DNA of 64,000 nucleotides from Paraspadella gotoi (Eukaryota; Animalia; Chaetognatha): the NCBI GenBank assembly GCA_051294375.1, contig CM119265.1, positions 18,192,764 to 18,256,763 on the forward strand, read 5' to 3'. Both the position numbers and the translations under genes were made by a program. This document shows, piece after piece, positions 36,888 through 52,497 of the stretch. The notes beneath the pieces are model-generated. The model was not told the DNA's origin and did no database searches. It saw only the letters and a list, made by a program, of their open reading frames with translations. The number at the start of each line of letters is the position of its first letter. Within the stretch, counting starts at the first letter, position 1.

Positions 36888-39766
36888 ACTTTCTTTCTTT
36901 CCATCGTTCTCGTCCCTTCGTTCCTTTTTCCGTTCCTTGAGGTTTAACACAAACTTTGTCACGAGCGATCCCCGTTCCGTCGCTGGCTACTCGCTCAACA
37001 CTGTTGAGTCAACAGCGTACACCCTTCACGGCCAAGTGAGTCGCCTTCCTTAATTACCATTTCCTCGGTTTCACTCGACGGGAGACTCTACTCTCTCACT
37101 CTCACACACTCTCTCTCTATCCCAGTCACCGACGCCTCTTTCTGTTCTTCGGTCGCACTTCACAGTCTCGCAGTTTCACTTTCTCTCCCTCTCTCTCTCT
37201 CTCTTTCTCTTTCCCTCGTCTTCACATCTCTGACAAGAGTAAGCCGAACTCAGATAACCTTTTCCAGATTTGACGGATAAAATTCTTTTAGGAGATAAAA
37301 CGACGATTTAAAATTTTAGACGCATGAATCTATAACTTTTTAATTTACACACGAACTTAATGAAAATAAAAATATTACTTTTTCGTCCTCAAGAAACGTT
37401 AGATTCCTTTTCAGTTTTTACTCGTGTCCTTTTCACGAATCAAAAGATTTGACCTATTGACCCCGAAACGTCACGTGACCGTGTTCCCGTCACGAATCCC
37501 TTCGAACAATACGTTTTTTTGGGGTACCAAGACGATGACCTCGCTGCTCTTTCTCACCTCGTCTAATTTGTTCGACGCTGGAAATCGATGACTTCGCTTC
37601 ATGTCTCTGCTCGTCTCCCAACGAGGAAAGGCTTTGGCGTTTTTAGTCGAGGCCGTTACGATTCAATACAGGAATCGTGGATTGTTTAGGTCAAGACTTG
37701 GGTCAGAGTCCGAGTGAAAGTTTTTTTTTTTTTTTTTTTTCTCGAGAGAGACAATAAGGAATAAAAAGTGAAAAGCTCCATGAGCGATGAGGATTGCCTT
37801 TCCAGCGCACTTTTTTCTCATTAGATATAATTGTGGATTCAAAATATTTATAATTAATGATTTATTTAAAATATGGTTTATATATTGTCTACAAATACGC
37901 GTCATAGAAAAAGAAAAAAACTGCTCATTAGCGGGAAATTTGGATCACTGAAATAGTAGCCGAGAGAATGGGCAGTGGGCAGTGGGCAGTGGGCAGTGGG
38001 CACGCTTTCTGAGAGAGTGAGCGAAGGAGACGCTGTCGGTTGAAACAATTCCACCGCCATTGAGAAAAAAGATCGGATAAAGAAGGAAATACGAGCGATA
38101 AAAGGAGCGAAAGCTGAAAGACTGAAGATTGAGACAATCCTTTTCACAAAATAGATAATACTTTTATTTTTAAAAAAATATAAAGAAAAAAGTCGAGAGG
38201 GAATTCGATTTCTTGTCCCGCGATATAAACGGATATATCTAACCCGACATTTTTACGGTTTTCATTTAAGTCAAAAAGTGTTTTGTGCTGAGAGTTTTCT
38301 TTTTAAAAATCTGCCTTTTTTATTTCATTTCCTTCTTTTTTTCCCTTTGAATGTTTAAATCATTCCTTCACGCCTTTAATTCTCAGTTGAATACGTAAAA
38401 ACTGAAAACGTTAAAAGTGAAAAAAAAAGTGGCTGGTTTAAATTTATCGAGCAAAAAAAATGAGGGCCGACGATATATAATTATAACGTTCGAATTTAAA
38501 AAAGGCTTTAAAAAGGACATAAGATCTATGCTGCGTTTATCACTGTTAGACCACCCCNNNNNNNNNNNNNNNNNNNNNNNNNNNNNNNNNNNNNNNNNNN
38601 NNNNNNNNNNNNNNNNNNNNNNNNNNNNNNNNNNNNNNNNNNNNNNNNNNNNNNNNNNNNNNNNNNNNNNNNNNNNNNNNNNNNNNNNNNNNNNNNNNNN
38701 NNNNNNNNNNNNNNNNNNNNNNNNNNNNNNNNNNNNNNNNNNNNNNNNNNNNNNNNNNNNNNNNNNNNNNNNNNNNNNNNNNNNNNNNNNNNNNNNNNNN
38801 NNNNNNNNNNNNNNNNNNNNNNNNNNNNNNNNNNNNNNNNNNNNNNNNNNNNNNNNNNNNNNNNNNNNNNNNNNNNNNNNNNNNNNNNNNNNNNNNNNNN
38901 NNNNNNNNNNNNNNNNNNNNNNNNNNNNNNNNNNNNNNNNNNNNNNNNNNNNNNNNNNNNNNNNNNNNNNNNNNNNNNNNNNNNNNNNNNNNNNNNNNNN
39001 NNNNNNNNNNNNNNNNNNCACCCCCTCTCTGTGCCACACCTCCCCTACTCCCTTTTCCTACACCCCTCCCACACCTAACTTTCGCCCCCACTCGCTTTAC
39101 GTCGTTCCTCGACTCTCCTTTGTCCATGAAAGTCAACGGTGCGCATCGGTTGCTGCCGTTTACCGGCGTTGCTCCCATCTCCGGACCCCTCCTCTTCCTC
39201 CTCCCCCTTCCCTCTCCTCCTCCTTCCGTTACCTTCCCTCCTATCTTCTTTCCCCCCCTCTTTTCCTCTCTCCTCATTTGCATAAACGCGGCGACCGTCA
39301 CCGTCACACACAAATAAAAAAAAATCGCGCACACATACACACACCACGAACAAAACGCGGGTGGGGAGAGAGAAATGGGAAGAAGAGGAACCACAGAGAA
39401 AGACGAATGTATGGAGTCATGTTTGACTTGTTGACGTTTAATGGCGACGAAGACGAGAGAGGAGAGAGAGAGGAGAGAGAGATCTCTCTCTTTGTCTTGA
39501 CATTAAATAATATTGTACAATGTACATGAAAACAAATGTCTCTATTATTATTCTTATTTTCTTCTTTCCACTTCACCCTCGCTGTCCTTGTAAATCATAG
39601 TTTATTTTATAGTACTTTCATATTTTTATATTTTTTTCTTCTCTTAGTTTCTTCAGTTCATTGTCTCTCTTTGATCTCAGGTCAGCGAGATTTAAATAAT
39701 ATTTCTTGCTTTTTATCTCTTGCCTTTGTCTTCCCTACAACTCTTCGCAGTTCACAATATCTCTCT

Positions 39767-39894
<128 letters not shown>

Positions 39895-40183
39895 ATATGA
39901 CGCAATTCGTCTTTGTTTCGTTCGTTTCCTTCTCCGCTTCTCTCTTTGTCTTTTATTCCGACTCTGACTCTCTTTGTCTCTGTCGTCGCATCTCTCTGTC
40001 TCCATCCGTCTCTCGAAAAACCACGCGCTGCGGTCTCTCTCTAATTTACTCATTCTCACTTTATTTCCTTTTTCCCCATTTTTCTGTTTATCGACTATAA
40101 AAGCAAAGGGAAAAAAATCCGAGAGAAATGAACAACAAAACAAATCTACTTTTATCTGTTTATTCGCTGGAGGTAATTATCTA

Positions 40184-40301
<118 letters not shown>

Positions 40302-41237
40302 TTAACAAACAAATTCGTATAATATTTTCCTCGTTTGATTAAGTTATACCTTTCTCCGCCTTCATGTTTCCCTCTAGTTTTCATTTTGACAGTTTTTTTT
40401 TCATACCCTTTTTTATTCGTTTTAAATATAAAGATTTTTAAATTTTTTTTANNNNNNNNNNNNNNNNNNNNNNNNNNNNNNNNNNNNNNNNNNNNNNNNN
40501 NNNNNNNNNNNNNNNNNNNNNNNNNNNNNNNNNNNNNNNNNNNNNNNNNNNNNNNNNNNNNNNNNNNNNNNNNNNNNNNNNNNNNNNNNNNNNNNNNNNN
40601 NNNNNNNNNNNNNNNNNNNNNNNNNNNNNNNNNNNNNNNNNNAAGGATCAAGTTTCTATTTTCGTCTCGCGACGAGAATTCGCGGAGAAAAACATTTTCG
40701 ATTTGACGGAGACATTTTCTCTCTTTAAAGTAAGTTCATCAGACATTTTCTCTCCTTTTTAAAGTAAGTTCATCATTAATTATATNNNNNNNNNNNNNNN
40801 NNNNNNNNNNNNNNNNNNNNNNNNNNNNNNNNNNNNNNNNNNNNNNNNNNNNNNNNNNNNNNNNNNNNNNNNNNNNNNNNNNNNNNNNNNNNNNNNNNNN
40901 NNNNNNNNNNNNNNNNNNNNNNNNNNNNNNNNNNNNNNNNNNNNNNNNNNNNNNNNNNNNNNNNNNNNNNNNNNNNNNNNNNNNNNNNNNNNNNNNNNNN
41001 NNNNNNNNNNNNNNNNNNNNNNNNNNNNNNNNNNNNNNNNNNNNNNNNNNNNNNNNNNNNNNNNNNNNNNNNNNNNNNNNNNNNNNNNNNNNNNNNNNNN
41101 NNNNNNNNNNNNNNNNNNNNNNNNNNNNNNNNNNNNNNNNNNNNNNNAAGAGAGAGATTTGGTTGTAACCATTTTCTAGAATCCATTTCTTTCTTATTTC
41201 TTTCTTTTCATATTCTTTTTCTTCTCTTTCTTTTCTT

Positions 41238-41298
<61 letters not shown>

Positions 41299-42807
41299 AT
41301 GTCTCTCTCTCTCGTCTCTCTCTCTCTCTCTTCTCTCACTCTCTCTCTGCTCATCTCGATCTCTCTCTCTCTCTTCTTTCTTCTCTCTCTCTCTCTCTAT
41401 TTTCTTCTCTTTCTCTCTCTTTTTTTTTTTTCCTTTTTCTCTTCTCTCTATCTCTCTCTCTTCTCTCTATCTCTCTCTACATCTTCCTCTCTCGTTTTTT
41501 TTCCTTTTTCTTTTTCTCTCACTCCCTCTCTAAACATTTTGGGAAATCACTTCCCGAAAAAGTTTCTATTCTTCCGCTACAAATCGGTTGGCCCGTCTCC
41601 CGGCCTCCCCGCCCGCCGACCGCCCGGTCTCTTTTTTCAATCCGCCCTTCCGGTCTTTCGGCCACCCACGCCTTCCGGTCGGCACCCTCAGGTGTTAGAA
41701 TTTCATTTAAAGACGGCGAAGCGGCCCGACAATTTCGATCCCACTCTCTCTTTTTCTTTTTTTCTTTACGTTTTTCCTCCATTTTTTGGCAATTTTCTTT
41801 TTTGCCCTTTCCTCCCTTTAAACGCAGCGGAAAAGCAAAATCTTTTTGACTTTTGTATTCTCTATCGACCGGAAGAACAACGACGACGACGACGACGACG
41901 ACGACGGCGACAGTGACAACGACAAAACTCCGCCTAGGAATTTCTGTTTCTTTCCGTCTTGGGCGGAGGTAAGGAAACGTGCGCGGGATTGCGGGTAAGG
42001 CGAAGCGATATCGGTTCCTTTACTTACTTTTCGTAGTGAGATACGCGTCTGTCAGTGATGCCTTCCGTCGTTATATTCACTGAGGTTTCCTTCCAGTCCA
42101 CATCAATTTTTCTTTTTTCGGTTCCAACGTCGAGTCGACTTTCGATGTCGTCAAAAAATTATCTTTTTTCCAAAGATGACTCTGACCTCTATCAGAGATT
42201 TGATGACCTCTTGACCTCACCTCTCTTAGATCTCATACTTGGTCTTTGCGAGTCTGACGGATGTTTGATATTAAGTCATATTGCTTAAAATATTATCTTC
42301 CCATCATATCATCATATACAGTTGCCCCGTCCGCCTTTTCTTTTCTCACTTCTTAGTTATGAAATTTTCATTGTTTCCCATTAATAATTTCCTTCATGAT
42401 TTTACAATTAATTTTTTATGACTAATTCATTAATTTTCTATCCTTCCGTATTTTCCTTTTCCTTTCTACCTTCCTCTTTTCTTTTTATTCCACATCTTCT
42501 TTTTCTCTCCCCCATTTCTTTTTCTGTTTCCGGATAAAAATCGGGTCTCGGCAGAGCGCAAAGGCCCCTTTCTTCTAAATGGAGGATTTGTGAGGATTTT
42601 CTTTTTGATTTCCAATTCAGCTTCGATTTTCGCGGGTTTTGTTGACGTTTCCTCTTTTTTTTTGTTTTCTTTTTTTATAATGTTTAAGGGGTGTTTTAAT
42701 ATTTTTTTTGTGATTTTCTTTTTAGGTTTTATTTCGCAAATTTTTTGGGGTTTTTTTTTACTTTTGCTCTTCTATGTGTTCCTGTCTTTCAAGAAAAAGA
42801 AAGATAG

Positions 42808-42850
42808 ATGATTAAAATACATTGTTTAAAATTTGTAAGGTTTGTGAGAG

Positions 42851-42934
<84 letters not shown>

Positions 42935-43453
42935 CTTACATTTGTTGTTCTCATTAGACGACGATTGTACTCGCATTTACGTAGTTCATTTTTTTATGAA
43001 GTATTTGACAAGTTAGCGACTAGTGAAGGTTTGATAAATATTTAAAGAAGGAATGATAATTCTTGTTATTTCTACGTCTGATGATAACCGGGGAAATATT
43101 AGCAACACAAGAATGAATTTAAGATTTAAAACCGCGGTTGAAACGGGCTAAAAGAAAAGGAAACAGTTAAATAAATAAAATTAAATAAAATTAATAAATA
43201 AATTAAAATACATAGAAATTGATGGGGATCAACTTCTAGACTTTCAAACTACAAATTCAATGTGGTAAAAAAAAAAAATATATATATATATCATTGTCGA
43301 ATGATATCGAATGTCGAATAATAAGAGAGCTGCTTATACGGTACGAGTGACGAGCGTTTATGTGACAAGAGGCTCCGAATACAATTAATCTGATTTACAA
43401 ATTTCGGTTCTCTCCCTCGAGGACCATGCATAAATTTATCACGGGAGCGGGGC

Positions 43454-43484
<31 letters not shown>

Positions 43485-43854
43485 GATTCGACTTTTTTTT
43501 TTTACGCATGGAGTCGGTTTCGCGCGACGGATTTCGGTGAATAAAAAGTTGTGATTCTCAAAGAGTTTCTGGCGACTCGAGCTTTAACTTTTATTAAAAT
43601 CTTTACGAGCTAAAAAAAAAAAAAAAAATTACAAAAAAAAATTACTTCGGGGGGAAAATATAATAAAAATCTTACGGTTCACGCTCGTTCATTCATCGTT
43701 TCATGGAATATAAACGTGGAATGAATTATCTCCGAGTGAGACGATTTTTCGAGGACACCGGAAAAAAAAAGAAGACTTTTTCCTTTTTTCTCTCGTCGAT
43801 GGGAGCCAAGCACGAGAATGAGAAAGTAATTAAACCATGCCGGCTCCAGACTCG

Positions 43855-43923
<69 letters not shown>

Positions 43924-45548
43924 AATGAGGACTATGAGGTATGGATGGGCCGGCCAGTCGTTGACCGGAGCGTTAAGTCGAATCATTTCCGGTCCCGATC
44001 TCCGCCCGGAATTAGAGAGGGGGGATTAAAGGGGGGGGGAGAGTTTTTCGAAAAATTCAAATGATGTTTATTTACATTTAGTAACTAATTATTACATGTA
44101 TAAGCCAGGCATTAAACCCCAACGGGATTTTTTTTTTTTAAGGTTCTCTCTTTTTTCGAATGTTTAACCTTAAAAAAATGTTTACGTGTCTATAATTTGG
44201 TTTTCTTTTATGGCATAAAAGAAAAAACTAACAAATAAACCCAGGAACTTTATGATGAATAATTCATCCGGGCAACCGTTTGCCGTCAAGCCCTCGAATC
44301 GTAAATCGGAAATCGATTCGGAATGTTTAAAAGCCGAATCTTTAATTGGGATCGATTCGGGATTCGATGCGAGCGGCTACAATATGCAAATGTGATTTAA
44401 TGACAACAATCGTAAGAACGCGGAATTTTCTCAGCTCTATCGTTTCGTACCGATGACAGGGAAATTATTTACTGCCATGTGATATACATTCCGATGAGTA
44501 CTACTCTAATGGATATGTCAGTAAAAAGGGGTTCATTTCCTCTTTTTTGGAGAAAAAAATGAGCTTGTAAAAAACTCATAATTTTCATCGAAAAATCCAA
44601 TTAAGAAAATGCGAAAATTATCGAAATTCGAGATAAAAAAAAAACATAGAGAACATCGATTTCCTCTTTCCGCTCGTCACAATTAATTTTAAATTTCTTT
44701 TCGTTTCCATTCAATTTTTTTATTTAAATAGGCTTTTTTAAAAAATTTCTCTTTTCTTTTTTAACCATCTTATATTTTNNNNNNNNNNNNNNNNNNNNNN
44801 NNNTTAATTGTGACGAGCGGAAAGAGGAAATCGATTGTTCTCTCATGTTTTTTTTTATCTCGAATTTCGATTTTCGATTTTTCGATGAAAATTATGAGTT
44901 TTTACTAGCTCATTTTTTTCTCCAAAAAAGGGGAAATGAACCCCTTTTTACTGACATATCCATTAGAGTAGTACTCATCGGAATGTATATCACATGGCAG
45001 TAAATAATTTCCCTGTCATCGGTACGAACGATAGAGCCTGAGAAAATTCCGCGTTCTTAGGATTGTTGTCATTAATCACATTTGCATATTGTAGCCGCTC
45101 GGCATCGAATCCCGAATCGATCCCAATTAAAGATTCGGCTTTTAAACATTCCGAATCGATTTCCGATTTACGATTCGAGGGCTTGACGGCAAACGGTTGC
45201 CCGGATGAATTATTCATCATAAAGTTCCTGGGTTTATTTGTTAGTTTTTCTTTTATGCCATAAAAAGAAAACCAAATTATAGACACGTAAACATTTTTTA
45301 AGGTTAAACCATTCGAAAAAAGAGAGAACCTTAAAAAAAAAAAATCCCGTTGGGGTTTAATGCCTGGCTTATACATGTAATAATTAGTTACTAAATGTAA
45401 ATAAACATCATTTGAATTTTTCGAAAAACTCTCCCCCCCCCTTTAATCCCCCCTCTCTAATTCCGGGCGGAGATCGGGACCGGAAATGATTCGACTTAAC
45501 GCTCCGGTCAACGACTGGCCGGCCCATCCATACCTCATAGTCCTCATT

Positions 45549-45614
<66 letters not shown>

Positions 45615-46313
45615 GTCTGGAGCCGGCATGGTTTAATTACTTTCTCATTCTCGGTGCTTGGCTCCCATCGACGAGAGAAAAATGGAAAAAAGTCCTCCTT
45701 CTTTTTTTTCCGGTGTCCTCGAAAAAATCGTCTGCACGGCGGAGATAATTCATTCCACGTTTATATTCATGAAACGATGAATGAACGAGCGTGAACCGTT
45801 AAGATTTTTATTATATAAGAGAGAGATTAAATCAGATTAATTGTATTCGGAGCCTCTTGTCACATAAACCGCTCGTCACTCGTACCGTATAAGCAGCTCT
45901 CTTATTATTCGACATTCGATATCATTCAGACAATGATATATATGATATATTTTTTTTTTTTAGCAACATTGAATTTGTAGTTTTGAAAGTCTGAGAAGTT
46001 GATCCCCATCAATTCTATGTATTTTAATTTATTTATTAATTTTATTTAATTTTATTTATTTAACTGTTTCCTTTTCTTTTAGCGCCGTTTCAACCGCGGT
46101 TTTAAAATCTTAAATTCATTCTGGTGTTGCTAATATTTCCCCGGTTATCCATCAGACGTAGAAATAACAAGAATTATCATTCCTTCTTTAAATATTTATC
46201 AAACCTTCACTAGTCGCTAACTTTGTCAATACTTCATAAAAAAAATGAACTACGTAAATGCGAGTACAATCGTCGTCTAATGAGAACAACAAATGTAAGT
46301 AAATCTCTCTCCT

Positions 46314-46348
<35 letters not shown>

Positions 46349-46352
46349 ATCT

Positions 46353-46394
<42 letters not shown>

Positions 46395-46431
46395 AAACCT
46401 TACAAATTTTAAAACAATGTATTTTAATCAT
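42808..46431. repeat. Large inverted duplication centred on a 25-N gap
   Basis: 42808-44686 is the reverse complement of 44804-46431, with scattered 1-nt indels and ~260 bp (about 43395-43657) missing from the right arm. Confidence 0.9.
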
Positions 46432-47026
46432 AATAGCTTATATAAAAAAAAAAGGCTTCTCTCATAAAAAAATTGGTCGTATGGAAGAGATGTTCTGGAC
46501 AAGAAACATGATTTCGTGCCCCTCGCGTCGAAGAGATTCTGGCGGAGGCCATCTTGAATTTCCGGCGCGAATTATGACCGGAATCCGTTCGATCCCGTCT
46601 GGGGCGGCGAGAGGAAAGAGGAAGAGGAGGAAGGAAAGGAGGAGGAGGAGGAGTAGGAACGATGAAAAAAAAGTTTTCCTGCGTTGACAATTCGAAGTAC
46701 ACGTGCGAAAAAAAACCTTCGGGGTGCCCAGTGCCCACTGTATCGACTTTCGACCTTTGGCATCCCGGGGGCGATTCTGATTCGGTCGAGATGGAACCGT
46801 GATCGACCTCGAGGTGATTCCAATAGCAGCTCACCTCCCGCCCTCTCCCTCCTCGCTCTTCACCTACGCTCCTGGCATCTCGGGAGTTGCGAGGGGGGAA
46901 AACATGGAATCGGAAGGGAGAAAGAAAATTGGGGAAAAGGGGCGCGGCCTCTGTTCTGACCTCTTGAGGCTTCGGCCGATAGAAACGTTGGCTCTCTCTC
47001 TCTCTCTCTCTCTCTCCTCTCTCTCG

Positions 47027-47062
<36 letters not shown>

Positions 47063-47290
47063 CTTCCAATCATCCTCGAGGTAAATCGCATGAGTGGCTT
47101 TGTGTTTCTCAATCAGCAAAGCGACAGAAAGAAAGAGAGAAAAAAAGAAAGAAAAAATAAAAACTAAGAAAAAGAGNNNNNNNNNNNNNNNNNNNNNNNN
47201 NAAAGAAAGAAAGAAAGAAAGAAATAAAGAAAGAAAGAATAAAAGAAAGAGACAAAGAAAGAAATAAAGAAATAAAGAAAGAAAGAAATA

Positions 47291-47393
<103 letters not shown>

Positions 47394-49064
47394 CAACGGT
47401 AAGACTCGTCCGGGGAGCCAACCCGGGACGCAGATGGCTCGCTTGGTGGTTTCCGCTCAAATTATTTCGGGCTTTCTATTATTTTTTTTTCTAGGCAAAT
47501 CCAACCCAGAAAAAAAAAACCGCGGAAAAAAAAAAAGAAATGTGTACCGTTTCTTTTATTATTCATTGGTCGGTTCGCAACGTGGCTCGTGTCGCGAATG
47601 TCTATCTTTCAGTCTTTCGGTGGATCGGGTCTTTTGAGTTTTTGACCGGCGGACATGCGGAATCTCATTGGAGCTTCTTTAGTGCCACCTCCTTTCATTC
47701 CGCCCCCTTCTATGTTGTCACCAAATCAGACTAAATAGATTTTTCTGAAAACAACCTCGTCTTGCTTTTGCTTTAATGACGGCGCTCGATGTTGAGCTCT
47801 CATTCCACTCTTATTCTGTTTCCTTCTTAACTTTTTGTCTTTTGTCATATCAATTAACTAATTTCAAACATTCTCTTTTTTTTTTCTCTCTTTAATTGAG
47901 CGTCATTTTTTTATAAATTTCCAATTACTGTTTTTCTATTTTTTTTTAATTCCCCAGATATCGATTAACGATCCCTTTGCCCATTGTCTTCAAAGTTCGT
48001 TCGCCCGTCGTTGTCCTCTTCCATGGATTCCATCGCCTTTGCCATTCACCTTGAAGCAATTTGGTTCTTTTATCGATTTACGATCAAATTAGAGATTCCA
48101 TCTCTTGCCTTTTTACTTCCCGCCTCTTTTCTTGCGTTTTTCTCTTGATATAATCGGTTGTGGGTTTCTCTTCTTGCTCCACATTTTAAGATGCATCGTG
48201 CAAAATATTAGTGATTAACATCGTACTATGTGTAAAACGCATATTATTTTTAACTGAGCAATACGTTTCGGTTAACATGGCTTAACCAGAGTTCATTTGC
48301 GAAGTAAATTTGACAAAATCGAGATAATAATAATAATGCTAATTACCAAATCCTCCGCTAGAGGCTCTGGTCACGAAAAAAAAACAACCAAAGCTGTCCG
48401 CCCCTTTAAAAAAAAAGATCTCGGTACAAATCGCCATCTGGCAGCGAACAACAAAAAAACGCAGAGTCGCAAATCATGAAAATTTCATCATATTTTTCCC
48501 AAGAGTTCTTCAAAACGTCTTGGGGTTGGAAGAGGATGATGATGACGATGACGATAGACCCAGAATCAGAACATCCGACCGGACTGGAATATATAATAAT
48601 AATTTGTGTATTCGGCTTTTTCTTCTAATACATTAGCCCATCACAATCTCTTATTTTCATATAAATACTTAACAAGCCAAAAGCGCAAACAATTGGTCCT
48701 TTTTTTGTGTAATAAAGGATCAGGCATCAAACCGTACAGACGCACGATTAGCTAAAAAACAATTTGGACTTTATTCGATGTTGGCCAGCGATTGGATTCC
48801 AGCTGAAGCGGAGGTCAAAAAAATGGCAAAGCTCAGGAATCCCATTCGAGAGTGGGCGTGGGGGAAAGGGGGGTTGAGGCGGGTGGGGGGCAGGCACGTT
48901 GAGGCGATGGCGAAGGTGAGAGGAGGAGACTAAGGAGTCCGGATTAGCCTGAGGACGAAAACCCACAAAAGAAGAAAAAAAAAAGAAAAAAAAAATAACC
49001 GAAGAGTTTTTCGGTGGCAGACGTTGTACTCTGATAGTAGTATCCTTTCGTGTTTGGCTGAGAA

Positions 49065-49158
<94 letters not shown>

Positions 49159-51911
49159 GAAACGCCTGAGGACAAGACCAAACCGACAAACTGGAATAAT
49201 TATGATGGTATGATTATGACATTGATCTTTAAGAAAGGACACTCATTCTCGGTATATTAAACCATTTGCTTTGCGTTTAGTTTTTTGCACATTCATTTGC
49301 GTCAGATGAAGTTTGATCGCTGCTCACTCCCCTCTCTCTTTTCCTTCGCCCCAAATCTTTCCCATTGTCTCTCTGTTCGTATGTGCGAAAGACAAAAGCC
49401 GGTCTATCCCGGGGCCACGATTCCACTTTTTTTTTCCTTACCGGTGCTGCTGTTGGTTCCCCGGTTGGCCTCTGACCCATAACTGCAGCCTACCCGACGA
49501 TTCCAGACTCGGAATTCAGTGGCATCGATGGTTCCATAGTCTGGGATGGAACCATCTTCGACCCGAGAAACTCTATCTTTTTTTTTCTTAAAATATTTCT
49601 TATCCACGAAAGCGCTTTTTGTCTCTTGAAACAAAGTGTATTTGTATTTTCGATGTCCGACTACATATTCTTGAATGGTCATTGATCGAGATTGGATATT
49701 TTCGTTTTAAATTTCAAAAAAAAAAAATTATAAACGCAAATTTTTCAATTTTGTAAAAGGTTCGTCCAAAAATAAAAATAAAAATTATCAAAAGTAACTA
49801 CAGAAAGCTCATGTTGCGCAAAAATTCAAAGGAGAAAAAAAACTGAATGCGGTGAAACTTTCATCGTTTCTATTTAATTAAACAAAACGTTTGATATCCA
49901 CAGCTAAACAAACGATAAAATTCCTCGAAATAAAGTTAAAAAAGCATCAAAAACGGAGAAAAAAACTGCGATTTTACATCAAAAAAACAAACCAGAAAAA
50001 GAAGAAAAAAGTTTCATGGCTTGATTGTCCAAACGCAATTCTTGTTGAAGATTCCATAAGTCAAGAACTGAGCTTGGACATCTCTGCTTGAGACTGTGGC
50101 CCGACGAATTTCTACTTTTATCAATACTGGTTATAAGTAACAAGATATACAAAAGTTAAACAAATGATTCCATTTACCAAGACGATTTTTTCCCTCTGAT
50201 TTATGATCAAGTTAAACAAAATCGAAGACAACTTTTTTTTTTTAAATAATTTTAAAATTTTCAATTTTTTTAAATATTTATAATTAATATGGATAGAATT
50301 ATAAAGTTTTATTAGGCTAAACAGTAAACATTAAATGTTTTCTTGTCGCATTAATCCCTCGATGCCTAGATCTTTCGCTTCTCCACGCACTTAATCTTGA
50401 TCTACAAGTTTTTCCTTTGTTCGTTTGTTTTGTTTTTTAGTTAAACTTTTATGCCGATCGTAAAATTAATTCCGAAACTTCTCCAGGGATCAAATGGAAC
50501 GACATCGGAAGCCGTCAAAGTCTTACCCGCGTCGCGAATGGAACCTTCCTCGCGCCGACGCGTCTCACCACCCCATGTTGTCGCAAATATATAATGATAA
50601 AATAATAAAAAAATGACTTTTAAAACGAGACTGAAGAATGAAGATTCGTTATAAGTCCATTAGTCCAGTCCCCATTTAGAAAAACATTTCATAAATCAAA
50701 ATTCACGCTAAAAAGTGCGAGAAAACTTACCCCTATTGTTCTCTCTTTATTTAAAAAATATCAATAGCAATCGAGATCTTACAGCAATTAATTATTAATA
50801 TGTTTATAAATATTAATATTAATGAGTTATAATTAGAATTGTAAAAAAATTGACAAACTAAGGTAGAGGAATAAAAATTATAGAGCAACCTAGATTCCCA
50901 TTAACCTTAATATTTTTACGCAGGTTTTTTTAATAATAATTGTTTTCTCGTTTTGATTCCCTCTCTTATTTCTCTCAATCTCATTTGCTTATCTCTCTTT
51001 CTCTCCCCAAATTCTCTCTCTCTCTTTCTCTCTCTATCTTTCCCTATTTCACCCACGCCCCACTTCCCATCTCCGCAACCTTGTCCTCCATATCTCTTCT
51101 CAGTCTTCACCTTTTCTTCCCCCAGAGAGCGCCATCTCGTAATCCCGACCTCGGCGACGTAATCACGTCTTCCCGAATCAACATAAACACGCGCGTTGCC
51201 ATGGAATCCTTACTCAGCGCCATTCTCTTCACAATTCCTCTCAATCTTTTTTTTTCTTCTTGTTTTTAGTGCAAATTTAATAATCACGGATTTTTAGGTC
51301 TTCTGTGAAAAAAAAATCCTGCAAGGTTTATCGCGGAATTGTTAATTCATCATTCCATTAAAGAAACTTGTTTTAGTACCAGTTAAAACGAAATTAATCT
51401 CAGTTTTCTGGAATATGTAAAATTTAAATCAGTGATTCGAAATTTTTTTTTATTAATATTTCGTAGTATAACCGAAATTAATGAATAATATCATACGTTT
51501 TGCGACAATTAATTGAATAAAGCGGAGAATCAAATTATTTCTTTATCAAGCTGATATTAAATTTAAGTTATAATTCGCTCTCGGATTCTCTCGCTAAAAA
51601 TATCATCCTTTCAGACGGATGCGGACGGCCTTAAATAGTCGTCAAACTCAGTTGTCACCATTTTTGTTACCTACCCTTTTATGTTCATGCTTTATTGCTG
51701 AATTTACCATCACAATAAAAATGAATTTTCATGATAACACGACTATTCTTTAGTTCTGCACCAGTACGACAGGACGATGAACCGAAATCTAAAAATAGAA
51801 GTCTCAAAAGGAAGTGTCGCCGTAAGGATAAAAAATGGATTGAGTTTTAGTGGTTAAAAATAGAAGGGAAAAGGAGAAGAGCAAGAGGGGGTGAGAATAG
51901 GGGAGAGGGAT

Positions 51912-51950
<39 letters not shown>

Positions 51951-52497
51951 AGGAGAGAGGAGAGAGGAGAGAGAAGAAGGAGAGAGAGAGAGAGAGAGAG
52001 GAACGGATGAAAGACGGTTTTAAATATTTGAATAGCTTCTCAGGAGAACCCTGTCATTAAAAAAAACAAAATGGGTCGGTAATTGTCTTGTCGATTTTGT
52101 CCTCTCACATTATCTTTTTCTGGAGCTTCGTTTAAACATTTCAAACTCAACAGCCTGTTAAACTAAGATAGATGTAACAGACTCTCGGAACAGTCCGAGA
52201 TATGAGCGACTACGAGAATTGAGTGAGACGAAGACGCCCCATAAATTCTTTACATTTTCGATCATCTCGCACGACGAAGCTGCAGTTTTTATTGAATCTG
52301 AATCTAGCTAATGTGGTTGTTCACCAACTACCGAAAAGGATTCGAAATCATGAAAAAAATTTTTAAAATTTTTATTTATTTAATCCTCGGTTAATCCAGT
52401 TGTCTTATTATTTATTTTGGCGATCAAAAAAAAAAAAAAAAACTATATGAAAAAAAGGAATAAATAACCAGCCAAGTCCGTCATTTCGCTCGTTCCT

